Positions 7,639-16,039 of a stretch of DNA of 18,378 nt are shown here, in pieces. The position numbers and the translations under genes are program-made. The notes under the pieces are model-generated. The model made no database searches, was not told the DNA's origin, and was given only the letters and a program-made list of their open reading frames with translations. The number at the start of each line of letters is the position of its first letter. Position 1 is the stretch's first letter. Source of the stretch: Candidatus Nanohaloarchaea archaeon (GTDB lineage Archaea; Nanohalarchaeota; Nanosalinia; Nanosalinales; Nanosalinaceae); contig JBEQAY010000021.1 in the NCBI GenBank assembly GCA_041640075.1, forward strand, positions 1 to 18,378, written 5' to 3'.

Positions 7639-7715
7639 AAAGTAGTTCTTCTGAGCATCAGTCATTGATGGAAACGCAAAATTTCACAAGGTTGCTGTTT
7701 GGTGGTGCTGAATGA
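7632..7715 (+). CDS. Putative 27-aa leader ORF (MKQSSSSEHQSLMETQNFTRLLFGGAE) coupled to the DsbA gene
   Basis: ATG lies 24-30 bp downstream of TTTAATA, the same spacing as other leaderless genes here; its stop forms an ATGA overlap with start 7712. Confidence 0.4.
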   Translation: MKQSSSSEHQSLMETQNFTRLLFGGAE

Positions 7716-8518
7716 GCGATGACGCTCTAGAACTTGAGTTAACAGCCAAGCAGGCAGCTCTAACCACGCTCCTGATAGGTCTTGTCGTTGGAGGGCTAGG
7801 AGGGTTCTCCATGGCCACAGTAACAATGGATACAGGCACTGCCCAGCCAACCGGGGAAACTGGTGGAAGCGATAACCAACAGGCTGGAGAAGGCTCCACT
7901 GAGTTCGTAAGTCTGGAAGGAATAGAGTTTGAGGGTGAACCAGTGAAAGGTAGTTCTGATGCTCCGATTAAGATCGTAGAGTATAATGAATTTGGTTGTC
8001 CTTTCTGCGCAGAGTTCCAGGGTGTGGATGCCTCGAGCAGGATACCTATAGATCGGACGGATATCGCAGGTCAGCTTGAAGATCAGTACATCGATGAAGA
8101 CGAGGTCCAGTTGATCTCAAAGGATTATCCTGTACCAAACCTTCATCCAAACGGTCCAGAGGCTCACAAAGCAGCAAACTGTGTGTATGAAAATGAGAAA
8201 GACAGTTACTGGGAGTACTACGACCAGCTATTCGAGAGAAGAGATAGCTGGATGCAGAGTGGAGATGGAAACACTAGAGAAACATTTAGAAACATCTCTG
8301 AAGATCTAGGCCTTGAAACTGAGGCAATTATGCAGTGCTACGAAGAATCAGAGAATCAGGAAGCTAATGAAGATAAGAACAATGCGCTTCAGAACATCGG
8401 GAGGTTTGGAACACCTACATTTTTTGTAGGTAACAGAGATACAGGTTTCATCAAGATCACAGGAGCACAGCCTCTCTCAAGCTTCGAACAAGCGTTCAAC
8501 AAGATCCGAAACAGGTGA
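7712..8518 (+). CDS. Membrane-anchored DsbA/BdbD-like thiol-disulfide oxidoreductase
   Basis: N-terminal TM helix, KGSSDAPIKIVEY, CPFC active site, AHKAANC and GTPTFFV cis-Pro loop. Confidence 0.93.
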   Translation: MSDDALELELTAKQAALTTLLIGLVVGGLGGFSMATVTMDTGTAQPTGETGGSDNQQAGEGSTEFVSLEGIEFEGEPVKGSSDAPIKIVEYNEFGCPFCAEFQGVDASSRIPIDRTDIAGQLEDQYIDEDEVQLISKDYPVPNLHPNGPEAHKAANCVYENEKDSYWEYYDQLFERRDSWMQSGDGNTRETFRNISEDLGLETEAIMQCYEESENQEANEDKNNALQNIGRFGTPTFFVGNRDTGFIKITGAQPLSSFEQAFNKIRNR

Positions 8519-9048
8519 ATTCGGTGAAGATAAAGATTGATCAAGAAGCCTGGAAGAAAGACCTGAAGGAAGGGTTGGCTGGTTCAGTCTCCAGCTGGAA
8601 GAGAGCTCTTGGGACTTTTACTGTAGGATTCCTGGCTTTCTCAATCGCCATTTTGTCAGCTAATCCTCAGTACTCGTGGCAGATGCTTAACTCTGGTATC
8701 GAGTTCTGGAGTATAGCAGTCATCACACGCTTATCTGGAGTACTGGCTACATCAGGGTACACAGGAGTACTTCTCACAGTTCTTTTCTCCGTACTGGTGG
8801 GAGTAACGATGACCAACACATTAATACAGCTCAGGATGAACAAACTGGATTTCAGTAGCCTTGGAGCCCTGCCAGGTTTTCTTGCAGGAGGATGTGCCTC
8901 ATGCGGGGTCGGGGTGCTCTCCCTGCTCGGCTTTGGGGGAGTACTTGCATCCATGCCGTTCCAGGGAAACCTTCTCAGGCTGGGCGGAGTAATCCTGCTG
9001 CTGGCACTGATCACGAGAACAGGAAACCCGGACACTTGCAAGCTTTAA
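8515..9048 (+). CDS. Uncharacterised membrane protein with an intramembrane CASC motif (MerC/MerT-like)
   Basis: About 4-5 hydrophobic segments, GFLAGGCASCG and a C-terminal DTCKL; GTGA overlap with the DsbA gene. Confidence 0.8.
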   Translation: MNSVKIKIDQEAWKKDLKEGLAGSVSSWKRALGTFTVGFLAFSIAILSANPQYSWQMLNSGIEFWSIAVITRLSGVLATSGYTGVLLTVLFSVLVGVTMTNTLIQLRMNKLDFSSLGALPGFLAGGCASCGVGVLSLLGFGGVLASMPFQGNLLRLGGVILLLALITRTGNPDTCKL

Positions 9049-9054
9049 CAAGTT

Positions 9055-9459
9055 ATGAACACAGGTTTCAACATTCCCAGAGCTCTGGCAGCAGGAACAG
9101 TATTCTTCATTGTCACAGGAGCTGTCACAGGCCTGATACCGAACGATCTGTACGTCAGGATGGTTCCCATAACGATCCTGGATTACTTCTTCCTCTTCAC
9201 GACATCTGTCCTGGCAGCGGTTTACTTCGGAGCTGAAAAATGCAGCGCATTCGGAGGAAAAATTGCAGGGATCGGAGGAGTAACAGGATTCCTGGCCTTC
9301 GGCTGTCCTGTATGCAACGTCCTTCTGATGGCGTTCTTCTCAACCTCGGCAGTCATGACCTACTTTGACCCTCTCCGACCTTTCCTCGGCGTAGTATCAA
9401 CACTTATGCTGGGTTTATTCGTCTACAGAGATATCTCGGTATCGGAGAAAAGAGAGTAA
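9055..9459 (+). CDS. Uncharacterised membrane protein with a CPVC motif (MerT-like)
   Basis: Four hydrophobic segments, AEKC, GFLAFGCPVCN and FDPLRPFL; 6 bp after the previous gene. Confidence 0.8.
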   Translation: MNTGFNIPRALAAGTVFFIVTGAVTGLIPNDLYVRMVPITILDYFFLFTTSVLAAVYFGAEKCSAFGGKIAGIGGVTGFLAFGCPVCNVLLMAFFSTSAVMTYFDPLRPFLGVVSTLMLGLFVYRDISVSEKRE

Positions 9460-9471
9460 ATAGGAAAATGT

Positions 9472-10611
9472 TCAGAGGGAGGATACGAGGAGGAAGACTC
9501 CCAGAAGTACAAGGATCACACCTGCCACGAGGTGAAGCTCCTCGATGTTGTTTTTCCTCCACTCCTGTATCCTTTCCACCTCTGTAGTACCCAGGTAGAG
9601 CGCAGCTATGATCAGTAGCATAGGTGCCACGAAGAGGATGTTGTAGATCACGAGAAGCGGTAGAGCGGTGATCCATGGAAGACCGGAAAGTATCCCGCCT
9701 GCCACGAAGTAAGGTCCGGAGGTACATGGCAGAAGGAATAGACTGACCAGTAAGGCGGTGATAAATGCTCCTCCAGGTCCTGAAACCTTTTTCAGGTAGC
9801 TCTTCATCTTTGGACGCCATGAGAACGGCACCTCCATGACGAAGCCTCCAAGTCCGTGGCTGATCCAGTCCTTCATGTTGAGGAGCCCTACAAGTATGGC
9901 GAAGCCTCCGAAGAACAGGTAGATCGAGTTCATTTCAAGAGAAGTGGCTTTCTGTATACCTTTCACGCCGTGTACAAGAAGTACGCCCATGGAGAGGTAG
10001 GCCATGAATATGCCCGCGGTGAATGAAAGACCTGTCTTCAGGGCTCTGCCTTTCTCTTTCAGGTTCCCTGACATCACAGAGCCCATGAGGATCAGCAGAA
10101 CCGCAAGTGCACATGGGTTCACTGAATCAGTCAGGGCAAGTGCGGAGATACTCAGTATCCCTGAAGCTTCAAGACCGGCAGTTTTTCCAGAATCCCTCTG
10201 CTCTCCCTGGCTTTCTCCACTCTCCGTTTCACTGCTGTTTTCCTCCTGAGCGTCTAAATCTCTGCATTGACTGGTCTCCCCGTCGTTCAGGGTGGAGTTT
10301 ATCAGGTCTACAGAGTTCTGTGATCCGACAGCGAACTCTTCGCCCGTGAAAACAGCCGGGACTGCGCCTGCACGGGAGATAGGTATGCTGTACTCTTCGA
10401 CATACGATCTGAAGAGATCGGGGTTAGAACCGGCCTCGTACTTCTGCACAGTGAAGTTGTGAGAGGTTTCCTGATCCTGGAGATATGACTCCACGGTGTC
10501 ACAGTGCGGGCAAGTCTCAGAGTAGAAAAGAGTAAAACAGTCCTGAGATGCAGCTGCACCTGTCCCAAGAAAAGAGAACAGGAGTACAGCGAGGACAAGT
10601 AACCGTCTCAC
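9472..10611 (-). CDS. Thioredoxin/glutaredoxin domain fused to a CcdA/DsbD-type transmembrane electron transporter
   Basis: Signal peptide, FYSETCPHC, AVP, an acidic linker, then a 6-TM domain with DSVNPCALAV and LLPCTSGPY; SD GGTGAT before GTG 10611. Confidence 0.9.
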   Translation of the reverse strand: MRRLLVLAVLLFSFLGTGAAASQDCFTLFYSETCPHCDTVESYLQDQETSHNFTVQKYEAGSNPDLFRSYVEEYSIPISRAGAVPAVFTGEEFAVGSQNSVDLINSTLNDGETSQCRDLDAQEENSSETESGESQGEQRDSGKTAGLEASGILSISALALTDSVNPCALAVLLILMGSVMSGNLKEKGRALKTGLSFTAGIFMAYLSMGVLLVHGVKGIQKATSLEMNSIYLFFGGFAILVGLLNMKDWISHGLGGFVMEVPFSWRPKMKSYLKKVSGPGGAFITALLVSLFLLPCTSGPYFVAGGILSGLPWITALPLLVIYNILFVAPMLLIIAALYLGTTEVERIQEWRKNNIEELHLVAGVILVLLGVFLLVSSL

Positions 10612-10629
10612 GGTATCACCGGTGCAGGA

Positions 10630-11055
10630 CTAATTTATCTCTATTTCGACAGGTGTTTCGTGGCTGATGTTGTCTCTGACCGGGCATCTCTCTTCTACTT
10701 TCTCGAAAAGCTGTCTCTCGGTCTCTGCATCAGCATCGGACTCTACGTCTATATCGATCTCTATCTCCTGGAAACCTGCTCTTTCCTCAGTGTCCTCGCC
10801 CTGGAACTTTGCAGGGTTCAGGTTTCCTGAGGCGTTGATCTCCAGGCTGTGGATTTGGACTCCCATCTCATCTGCGACGACATGGGAGACCACGTTGAAG
10901 CATCCTGTCAAGGCTCCAAGCTCGTACTCTACAGGGTTTGGTGCGTCGCCTGTACCGCCGTGGGCTTCCGGTTCATCGATTTCAAAGCTGTATCCTCTAA
11001 CATTTACTTCAACTTTTGTCGCGTTCTTGCTCTCAGCGTGTACATCTGCTTCCAT
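10630..11055 (-). CDS. OsmC/Ohr family protein
   Basis: IDEPEAHGGTGDAPNPVEY.LGAL.GC...RAGFQEI...VEERCPV. ATG 11055 is preferred (TATA-like GATAAAAA upstream); the alternative is GTG 11109. Confidence 0.93.
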   Translation of the reverse strand: MEADVHAESKNATKVEVNVRGYSFEIDEPEAHGGTGDAPNPVEYELGALTGCFNVVSHVVADEMGVQIHSLEINASGNLNPAKFQGEDTEERAGFQEIEIDIDVESDADAETERQLFEKVEERCPVRDNISHETPVEIEIN

Positions 11056-11059
11056 GCGG

Positions 11060-11081
11060 AAAACTGGATTTATCCGGTTTT
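11060..11081. promoter_or_regulatory. Inverted repeat AAAACTGGAT-TT-ATCCGGTTTT at the OsmC/CcdA promoter
   Basis: Palindrome with 9/10 match immediately upstream of ATG 11055. Confidence 0.5.
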
Positions 11082-11186
11082 TATCTGCTTTGGTAGATTC
11101 ATCAAACACAGGTTCAAGATTGTCAATCCAAGAACTAACGCAATAAAGAAAAGGAGGTAGGTGTCATCTCATCTAATATTTTTCTT

Positions 11187-11687
11187 TTATCTCTCAATTA
11201 GTGTCCATTTCTTCTCTGCGTCCGTGTTGTTGATGACTCTTAGATTGCCGTCTTCAAGTCTTATACGTGTCTTTCGCAGCCCTACATCTGTGATCTCCCC
11301 TTTTGTGCCGTCGACCTCGATCTGGTCGCCGTTATTGAAGTCTGGATCCTTGGCGAGGTAGATTCCAGCGACTGTGTCTGAGAGCACGTCTTTAAGGGCG
11401 AATGAGACTCCGAGTGCGACGAATCCTGCTGCTGTGCCGAGTGCGGCAGCGATCTCGCTGAAACCAAGGATGCTCAATGTAATCAGCATAGCTGAGAACC
11501 AGAGAAGTCCTTTACTAATGCTTTCCATCAGGTTTAGGATTGTCTCCTCCTCCTCGAACTTTCTTGAGAGAACTTTCCTGACAACTTTGCCCGAGTGACC
11601 GATGACAAGCGAGGCCAGTACAAGGAAAATGGCTGCAGTGATTATTTTTGTTAAAACCAGTTGGGCCGCAGCCTGATATGCAATCAT
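11187..11687 (-). CDS. Small-conductance mechanosensitive channel (MscS family, short form)
   Basis: Three TM helices, ALGVSFALKDVLSD..AG, FNNGDQIEV...GEITDVGLRKT. Start is ATG 11687 or GTG 11708. Confidence 0.9.
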   Translation of the reverse strand: MIAYQAAAQLVLTKIITAAIFLVLASLVIGHSGKVVRKVLSRKFEEEETILNLMESISKGLLWFSAMLITLSILGFSEIAAALGTAAGFVALGVSFALKDVLSDTVAGIYLAKDPDFNNGDQIEVDGTKGEITDVGLRKTRIRLEDGNLRVINNTDAEKKWTLIER

Positions 11688-11720
11688 GAGGAATGTTTGT
11701 CTTCCCACTCTTTAGAAGCT

Positions 11721-12113
11721 TCATGTATTTGAGGCGCAGTGCTTGCAGCAGAAAATTTTCCCGTTGTCCTCGTAACCGCCAGAGTAGATCTCGCAGCCGC
11801 AGTTTTCGCACTTCTCTACCTGGTCTTTGATGGATGCATCGATGATCTCTCCGAAACTTTTCAGCTTTTCAGAGGCAAAGTTTTCTCCATCTTCAGTCAG
11901 TGAGTAGATTTTCTTGTTTCGGCCTCCTCTCTCAACGCTGACTAATCCTTGGTCTTTAAGATCTGAGAGGAACGGGTAGATGAAGCTTGTGCTTGGTTTC
12001 TCCCCGACACTGTCTTTGATCCGGTCCATGATCTCATAACCTGTTTTCTCACCTTCCTGAAGCAGGATCAATGTGTAAAGTCGGAAGACATGATGGATTT
12101 CCAGGTCAGTCAT
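11721..12113 (-). CDS. PadR family regulator with a C-terminal Cys-rich (TRASH-like) metal-binding tail
   Basis: GYEIM...PSTSFIYPFL..L...GLV...KKIYSLTEDG; tail CENCGC...FCCKHC. Start moved to ATG 12113 (TTTTAAA at 12145-12139). Confidence 0.9.
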   Translation of the reverse strand: MTDLEIHHVFRLYTLILLQEGEKTGYEIMDRIKDSVGEKPSTSFIYPFLSDLKDQGLVSVERGGRNKKIYSLTEDGENFASEKLKSFGEIIDASIKDQVEKCENCGCEIYSGGYEDNGKIFCCKHCASNT

Positions 12114-12155
12114 AACTCTTCTATTTCCCCCCAACAAGTTTAAAACTCCGGTAAG

Positions 12156-12170
12156 TATCATATTCTGATA
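12156..12170. promoter_or_regulatory. Palindrome TATCA-TATTC-TGATA between the shared TATA box and the DUF305 start
   Basis: Perfect 5-bp arms with a 5-bp spacer, in the intergenic region between PadR and DUF305. Confidence 0.5.
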
Positions 12171-12171
12171 G

Positions 12172-12762
12172 GTGGATCTTGTGAAAAAGCGATTTGAAAA
12201 ATACTACTCCTCATTTTCCAGACATAGAAACATGGTTATAGGTGTAACACTTCTTATAGGAGTGACAGCTGGTTTTGCACTTTCACAGACACCTGAAAGT
12301 AACTTTGATGAAAAAGAGTTCAATAGACAGGATCTAATGTTCATGAACATGATGATAGTGCACCATGACCAGGCTATCAGGATGGCGGAGCTTTCTGAGA
12401 ACCGTACGGATAATGAAAATATTCTTGAGCTGTCAGATAATATCTCGGAGGCTCAAAGATCGGAAAATGAACAGATGACAACATGGATGAACGAACTAGG
12501 GTATGAACCCGGTAACCATCACCCTATGGCAGGTATGGCAACTGAAGAGGAGATGCAGACGCTCAAAAACACGGAAGGTGAAAACTTTGATACATTATTC
12601 GCCGAACTGATGATCGAACACCACAGGGGAGGTATAGAGATGGCCAGAAGCTTCAGAGAAGTCGGAAAACACTCTGAACTCAAAGCTATGCAGACCCAGA
12701 TGATCGAAACACAGCAGAACGAAATAGACAAAATGGAAAAATGGCAGAACCAAGAGTTCTAA
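12172..12762 (+). CDS. DUF305 (CopM-like) copper-binding protein
   Basis: N-terminal hydrophobic anchor; two repeats MMIVHHDQAIRMA and LMIEHHRGGIEMA, plus MAGM; Met/His-rich. Start uncertain (GTG 12172, GTG 12181 or ATG 12232). Confidence 0.92.
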   Translation: MDLVKKRFEKYYSSFSRHRNMVIGVTLLIGVTAGFALSQTPESNFDEKEFNRQDLMFMNMMIVHHDQAIRMAELSENRTDNENILELSDNISEAQRSENEQMTTWMNELGYEPGNHHPMAGMATEEEMQTLKNTEGENFDTLFAELMIEHHRGGIEMARSFREVGKHSELKAMQTQMIETQQNEIDKMEKWQNQEF

Positions 12763-12780
12763 ACAAAAGAGGGCTAAAAG

Positions 12781-14769
12781 ATGGAACACGACCACGACGA
12801 AGACGACTCAGGACACGGCCACAGGCACCACGAAATGATGTTCAGAAAGAAATTTTTCATCTCAACAGCCCTATCCATACCAGTCCTACTCTACTCATCG
12901 TTCATCCAGGGCCTCCTCAACTTCTCGATGCCGACATTCACTGGCTCTAACCTTGTAGTACCGGTTTTTTCAGTTATAATTTTCCTTTACGGAGGCCTTC
13001 CGTTCCTGAAGATGGGTAAAAACGAGTTAGAGGATAGGGAGCCGGGCATGATGGCCTTGATTTCTCTTGCAATTTTTGTAGCCTTCACTTATTCGATAGC
13101 CTCGCTTTTCCTCTCAGGTACATCCAGTTTCTTCTGGGAGCTGGTTACATTGATCGATGTAATGCTTCTCGGCCACTGGATAGAGATGAGAAGTGTTAGA
13201 AAGGCCTCAGGAGCACTTGAAGAACTGAAGAAGCTGATGCCGGATACAGCGGAAAAAATAACAGAATCTGGCGATACGGAGGAAGTCAAGGTCTCAGAGC
13301 TCGAAGAAGGCGATAAAGTGCTGGTAAGGCCTGGAGATTCTATCCCTGCGGACGGAGAAGTTTTCGAAGGCTCGTCCTCGGTCGATGAATCGATGATAAC
13401 CGGCGAATCAGAACCTGTGAAGAAATCTGTCGGCGACGAAGTCATCGGAGGAACAGTGAACAAGGAAGGCTCGCTCAGGATCGAGATCACAGCAACAGGA
13501 GAGGAAACCGCTTTATCAGGTATCATGGACCTGGTTGAAGACGCCCAGGAATCCGAATCCAGGTCTCAGAAACTTGCGGATAAAGCTGCAGGATGGCTTT
13601 TCTACATCGCGCTCGGATCAGGCCTTCTAACCGGTATAGCCTGGACTTTCGCCGTCGGCTTCGGATTAACCGTAATCGAACGCGTTGTTACGGTCCTTGT
13701 CATCGCATGTCCACATGCTTTAGGCCTTGCAGTACCTCTGGTCGTAGCGATCAACACGTCTATGGCAGCGCAGAATGGGATACTTGTCAAGGACAGGATC
13801 GCGATGGAACAGTCGAGAAAACTTGATACAGTCGTCTTTGACAAGACAGGAACTCTTACCGAGGGCGAACAGTCTGTAGTAGACATGGAAGCAGAAGACG
13901 AGGATGAGGCCTTGAGAACGATGGCTGCCGCAGAGTCTGATTCCGAACACATGATAGCGCAGGCTATAAGGAACGAAGCCGAGGATCGAGGCCTTGAAGT
14001 CCCTGAATCCTCAGGATTTGAAAGTATCCCTGGTAAAGGCGTTAAAGCAGAAGTTGAAGATGAGGAAGTCTATGTTGGAGGCCCTAACCTGCTTGAACAT
14101 CTCGGAGTCGAGAGGAAATTCGAGGAGTTTGCAGATGAATCAGGTGAGAAAGGCCTTACTATAGTTTACCTTGTTGAGGACAGCGAAGTTAGTGCTGCAG
14201 TTGCTTTAGGTGACGAAATACGTGATGAGAGCAGGCAAGCTGTCGAAAAGTTACAGGATAGAGGCCTTGAGGTCGCGATGCTGACAGGAGACTCACAGGA
14301 TGTCGCAGAATCTGTGGCAGATGAACTTGGTATAGATACTTTCTTTGCCGAAGTTTTGCCAGAAGATAAGGATTCGAAGATCCGGGAACTTCAGGATGGA
14401 GGGAAAAAGGTTGCGATGGTCGGCGACGGTGTGAATGATGCACCAGCTCTTACACGTGCTGATGTCGGGATCGCGATCGGTTCAGGTACTGACGTCGCTG
14501 TCGAATCTGCTGATATAATCCTGGTGAAGAACAATCCTCTGGCAGTCGTCAAGCTCTTGAATCTCTCGGATCTGAACTACAGTAAGATGATTCAGAATCT
14601 TTTCTGGGCAACCGGTTACAACGCTTTGGCAATACCTCTTGCGGCGGGTGTTGCAGCTCCGATAGGAGTTATGCTTTCGCCTGCGGTTGGAGCAGGTATA
14701 ATGTCGCTTTCCACAGTTATCGTGGCGATTAACGCCCAGTTGATGAGGAGAAAGAGTATCGATGCCTAG
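12781..14769 (+). CDS. copB: Copper-translocating P1B-3 ATPase (CopB type)
   Basis: His-rich N-terminus, [16 protein letters not shown], intramembrane [22 protein letters not shown] and MSLST. Confidence 0.95.
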   Translation: MEHDHDEDDSGHGHRHHEMMFRKKFFISTALSIPVLLYSSFIQGLLNFSMPTFTGSNLVVPVFSVIIFLYGGLPFLKMGKNELEDREPGMMALISLAIFVAFTYSIASLFLSGTSSFFWELVTLIDVMLLGHWIEMRSVRKASGALEELKKLMPDTAEKITESGDTEEVKVSELEEGDKVLVRPGDSIPADGEVFEGSSSVDESMITGESEPVKKSVGDEVIGGTVNKEGSLRIEITATGEETALSGIMDLVEDAQESESRSQKLADKAAGWLFYIALGSGLLTGIAWTFAVGFGLTVIERVVTVLVIACPHALGLAVPLVVAINTSMAAQNGILVKDRIAMEQSRKLDTVVFDKTGTLTEGEQSVVDMEAEDEDEALRTMAAAESDSEHMIAQAIRNEAEDRGLEVPESSGFESIPGKGVKAEVEDEEVYVGGPNLLEHLGVERKFEEFADESGEKGLTIVYLVEDSEVSAAVALGDEIRDESRQAVEKLQDRGLEVAMLTGDSQDVAESVADELGIDTFFAEVLPEDKDSKIRELQDGGKKVAMVGDGVNDAPALTRADVGIAIGSGTDVAVESADIILVKNNPLAVVKLLNLSDLNYSKMIQNLFWATGYNALAIPLAAGVAAPIGVMLSPAVGAGIMSLSTVIVAINAQLMRRKSIDA

Positions 14770-15980
14770 TTTCTGTATCTGCAGTTAATTTCATTTTTTC
14801 TTTCCTCTCTAACCTTTTCAGCCTCTTTTTCGCTTTCCGGTAAAATTCTTTCACCGTAGTCTCCGCCTCCGCCGGGTATCATTATAATCTCGTCTTCCCT
14901 GAACTTTCTGATCGATTCAGCAACGTCTTCATCCACCTCAGCAATCTCATCTATCTCTATTTCTACAAGTATATCTATTTCAGCACCGAAACTTTCGTTC
15001 AGGGTCTTGTATTTTTCCTGGACTGTTTTAGTCGTCGGCGAGGAGTGGCCAACCGTGTACTGGATGATCTTCGCCAGTGGAGGCAAATGCAGATAATCAA
15101 GATTCTCATCCTCTTTTGTATCTGAGAGCTCGTTTACTCTGTCTTTTACTCCTTTTTTGATGGTATCGGAGCATTCCTGGCATCTCCAGTCAAACTCTTC
15201 TGCCTGATCTAGTGAGTACTTCTGATGGCAGGATTTACATGCTGAACAGTGATACTTGCCTTCACGAGGATCAAGTCCCACGTTCAACTTGATTTCACCT
15301 GCTTCCCTGTTGAATAGTTTTTTCAGGCCTTCGAAGCTCTCTTCTGAGAGTTCTGCACGGTTGAATTCGCGACCTAGCCTGTGTGGCCATGGGCTGTGTG
15401 CATCACTGTTGGAAAGAAAAATCAGGTTTTCATGATCTGAGATCCTGGAAGCCATTCCTGAGTCAGCAGAAAGACCTAGCTCCAAGAAATCCAGGTTCTC
15501 AACTTGACTTCCGTATGATTCTTTTAATGAGTCCTTTCTGCCGTAAATTGCGGTATAGGGCGTAAATGCGTGGCATGGACCGATAAGACAGCCATGTTTC
15601 TTGGCTATTTTCACGATTTTCTCTCCATCAGCCTTGATTCGAGGTCGTCCTTCTCTACGAATATCGTCGCTTAATTCCTGGAAATCTTTGTAGGCTTCTT
15701 CTACTGTTTGGAGGTCTGGGAAGATTATCAGGTGGTGTATCCTGTCTTCGTCCTCTACCTCGGTCGTCGGTATGAATTTGATGTCTCCGTGTTTCAGGTA
15801 GCCTTCTTTTTCCACTGTTTCATCTTTGACGTGGTTGAGCCATTTCGGGTTCAATATGTCGCCGGTTCCGACCATGTCTAAGCCTTTTTTCTCTGCTTCT
15901 TCGGCTATTGTAGGTATCTCCATGTCGGGTGATACTCCGCCCGAGTGTTTGCCGTGGATGTGGATGTCGAAATCTGTCAT
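14766..15980 (-). CDS. endoQ: Endonuclease Q (TIGR00375; PHP domain plus Zn ribbon)
   Basis: [61 protein letters not shown]...[12 protein letters not shown]. Convergent CTAG stop overlap with copB. Confidence 0.9.
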   Translation of the reverse strand: MTDFDIHIHGKHSGGVSPDMEIPTIAEEAEKKGLDMVGTGDILNPKWLNHVKDETVEKEGYLKHGDIKFIPTTEVEDEDRIHHLIIFPDLQTVEEAYKDFQELSDDIRREGRPRIKADGEKIVKIAKKHGCLIGPCHAFTPYTAIYGRKDSLKESYGSQVENLDFLELGLSADSGMASRISDHENLIFLSNSDAHSPWPHRLGREFNRAELSEESFEGLKKLFNREAGEIKLNVGLDPREGKYHCSACKSCHQKYSLDQAEEFDWRCQECSDTIKKGVKDRVNELSDTKEDENLDYLHLPPLAKIIQYTVGHSSPTTKTVQEKYKTLNESFGAEIDILVEIEIDEIAEVDEDVAESIRKFREDEIIMIPGGGGDYGERILPESEKEAEKVREERKNEINCRYRN

Positions 15981-16039
15981 TTCCTGTCTTTGAATCGTGA
16001 TACCTGATTTTTTATGGATTCCTCCGAAATTTCTTACTG

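Noticed and set aside
8515..9459. Calling this a mercury-resistance (mer) operon
   Set aside because: Resemblance to MerT/MerC is local only, and no merA, merP or merR is present.
9472..10611. Cytochrome c maturation locus
   Set aside because: Only the CcdA-like domain is present; no heme-handling genes or cytochrome c are visible.
10667..11146. 159-aa plus-strand ORF and other antisense ORFs (3846-4142, 4758-5174, 8667-9041, 13089-13952)
   Set aside because: Ser-rich mirrors of well-supported genes on the other strand.
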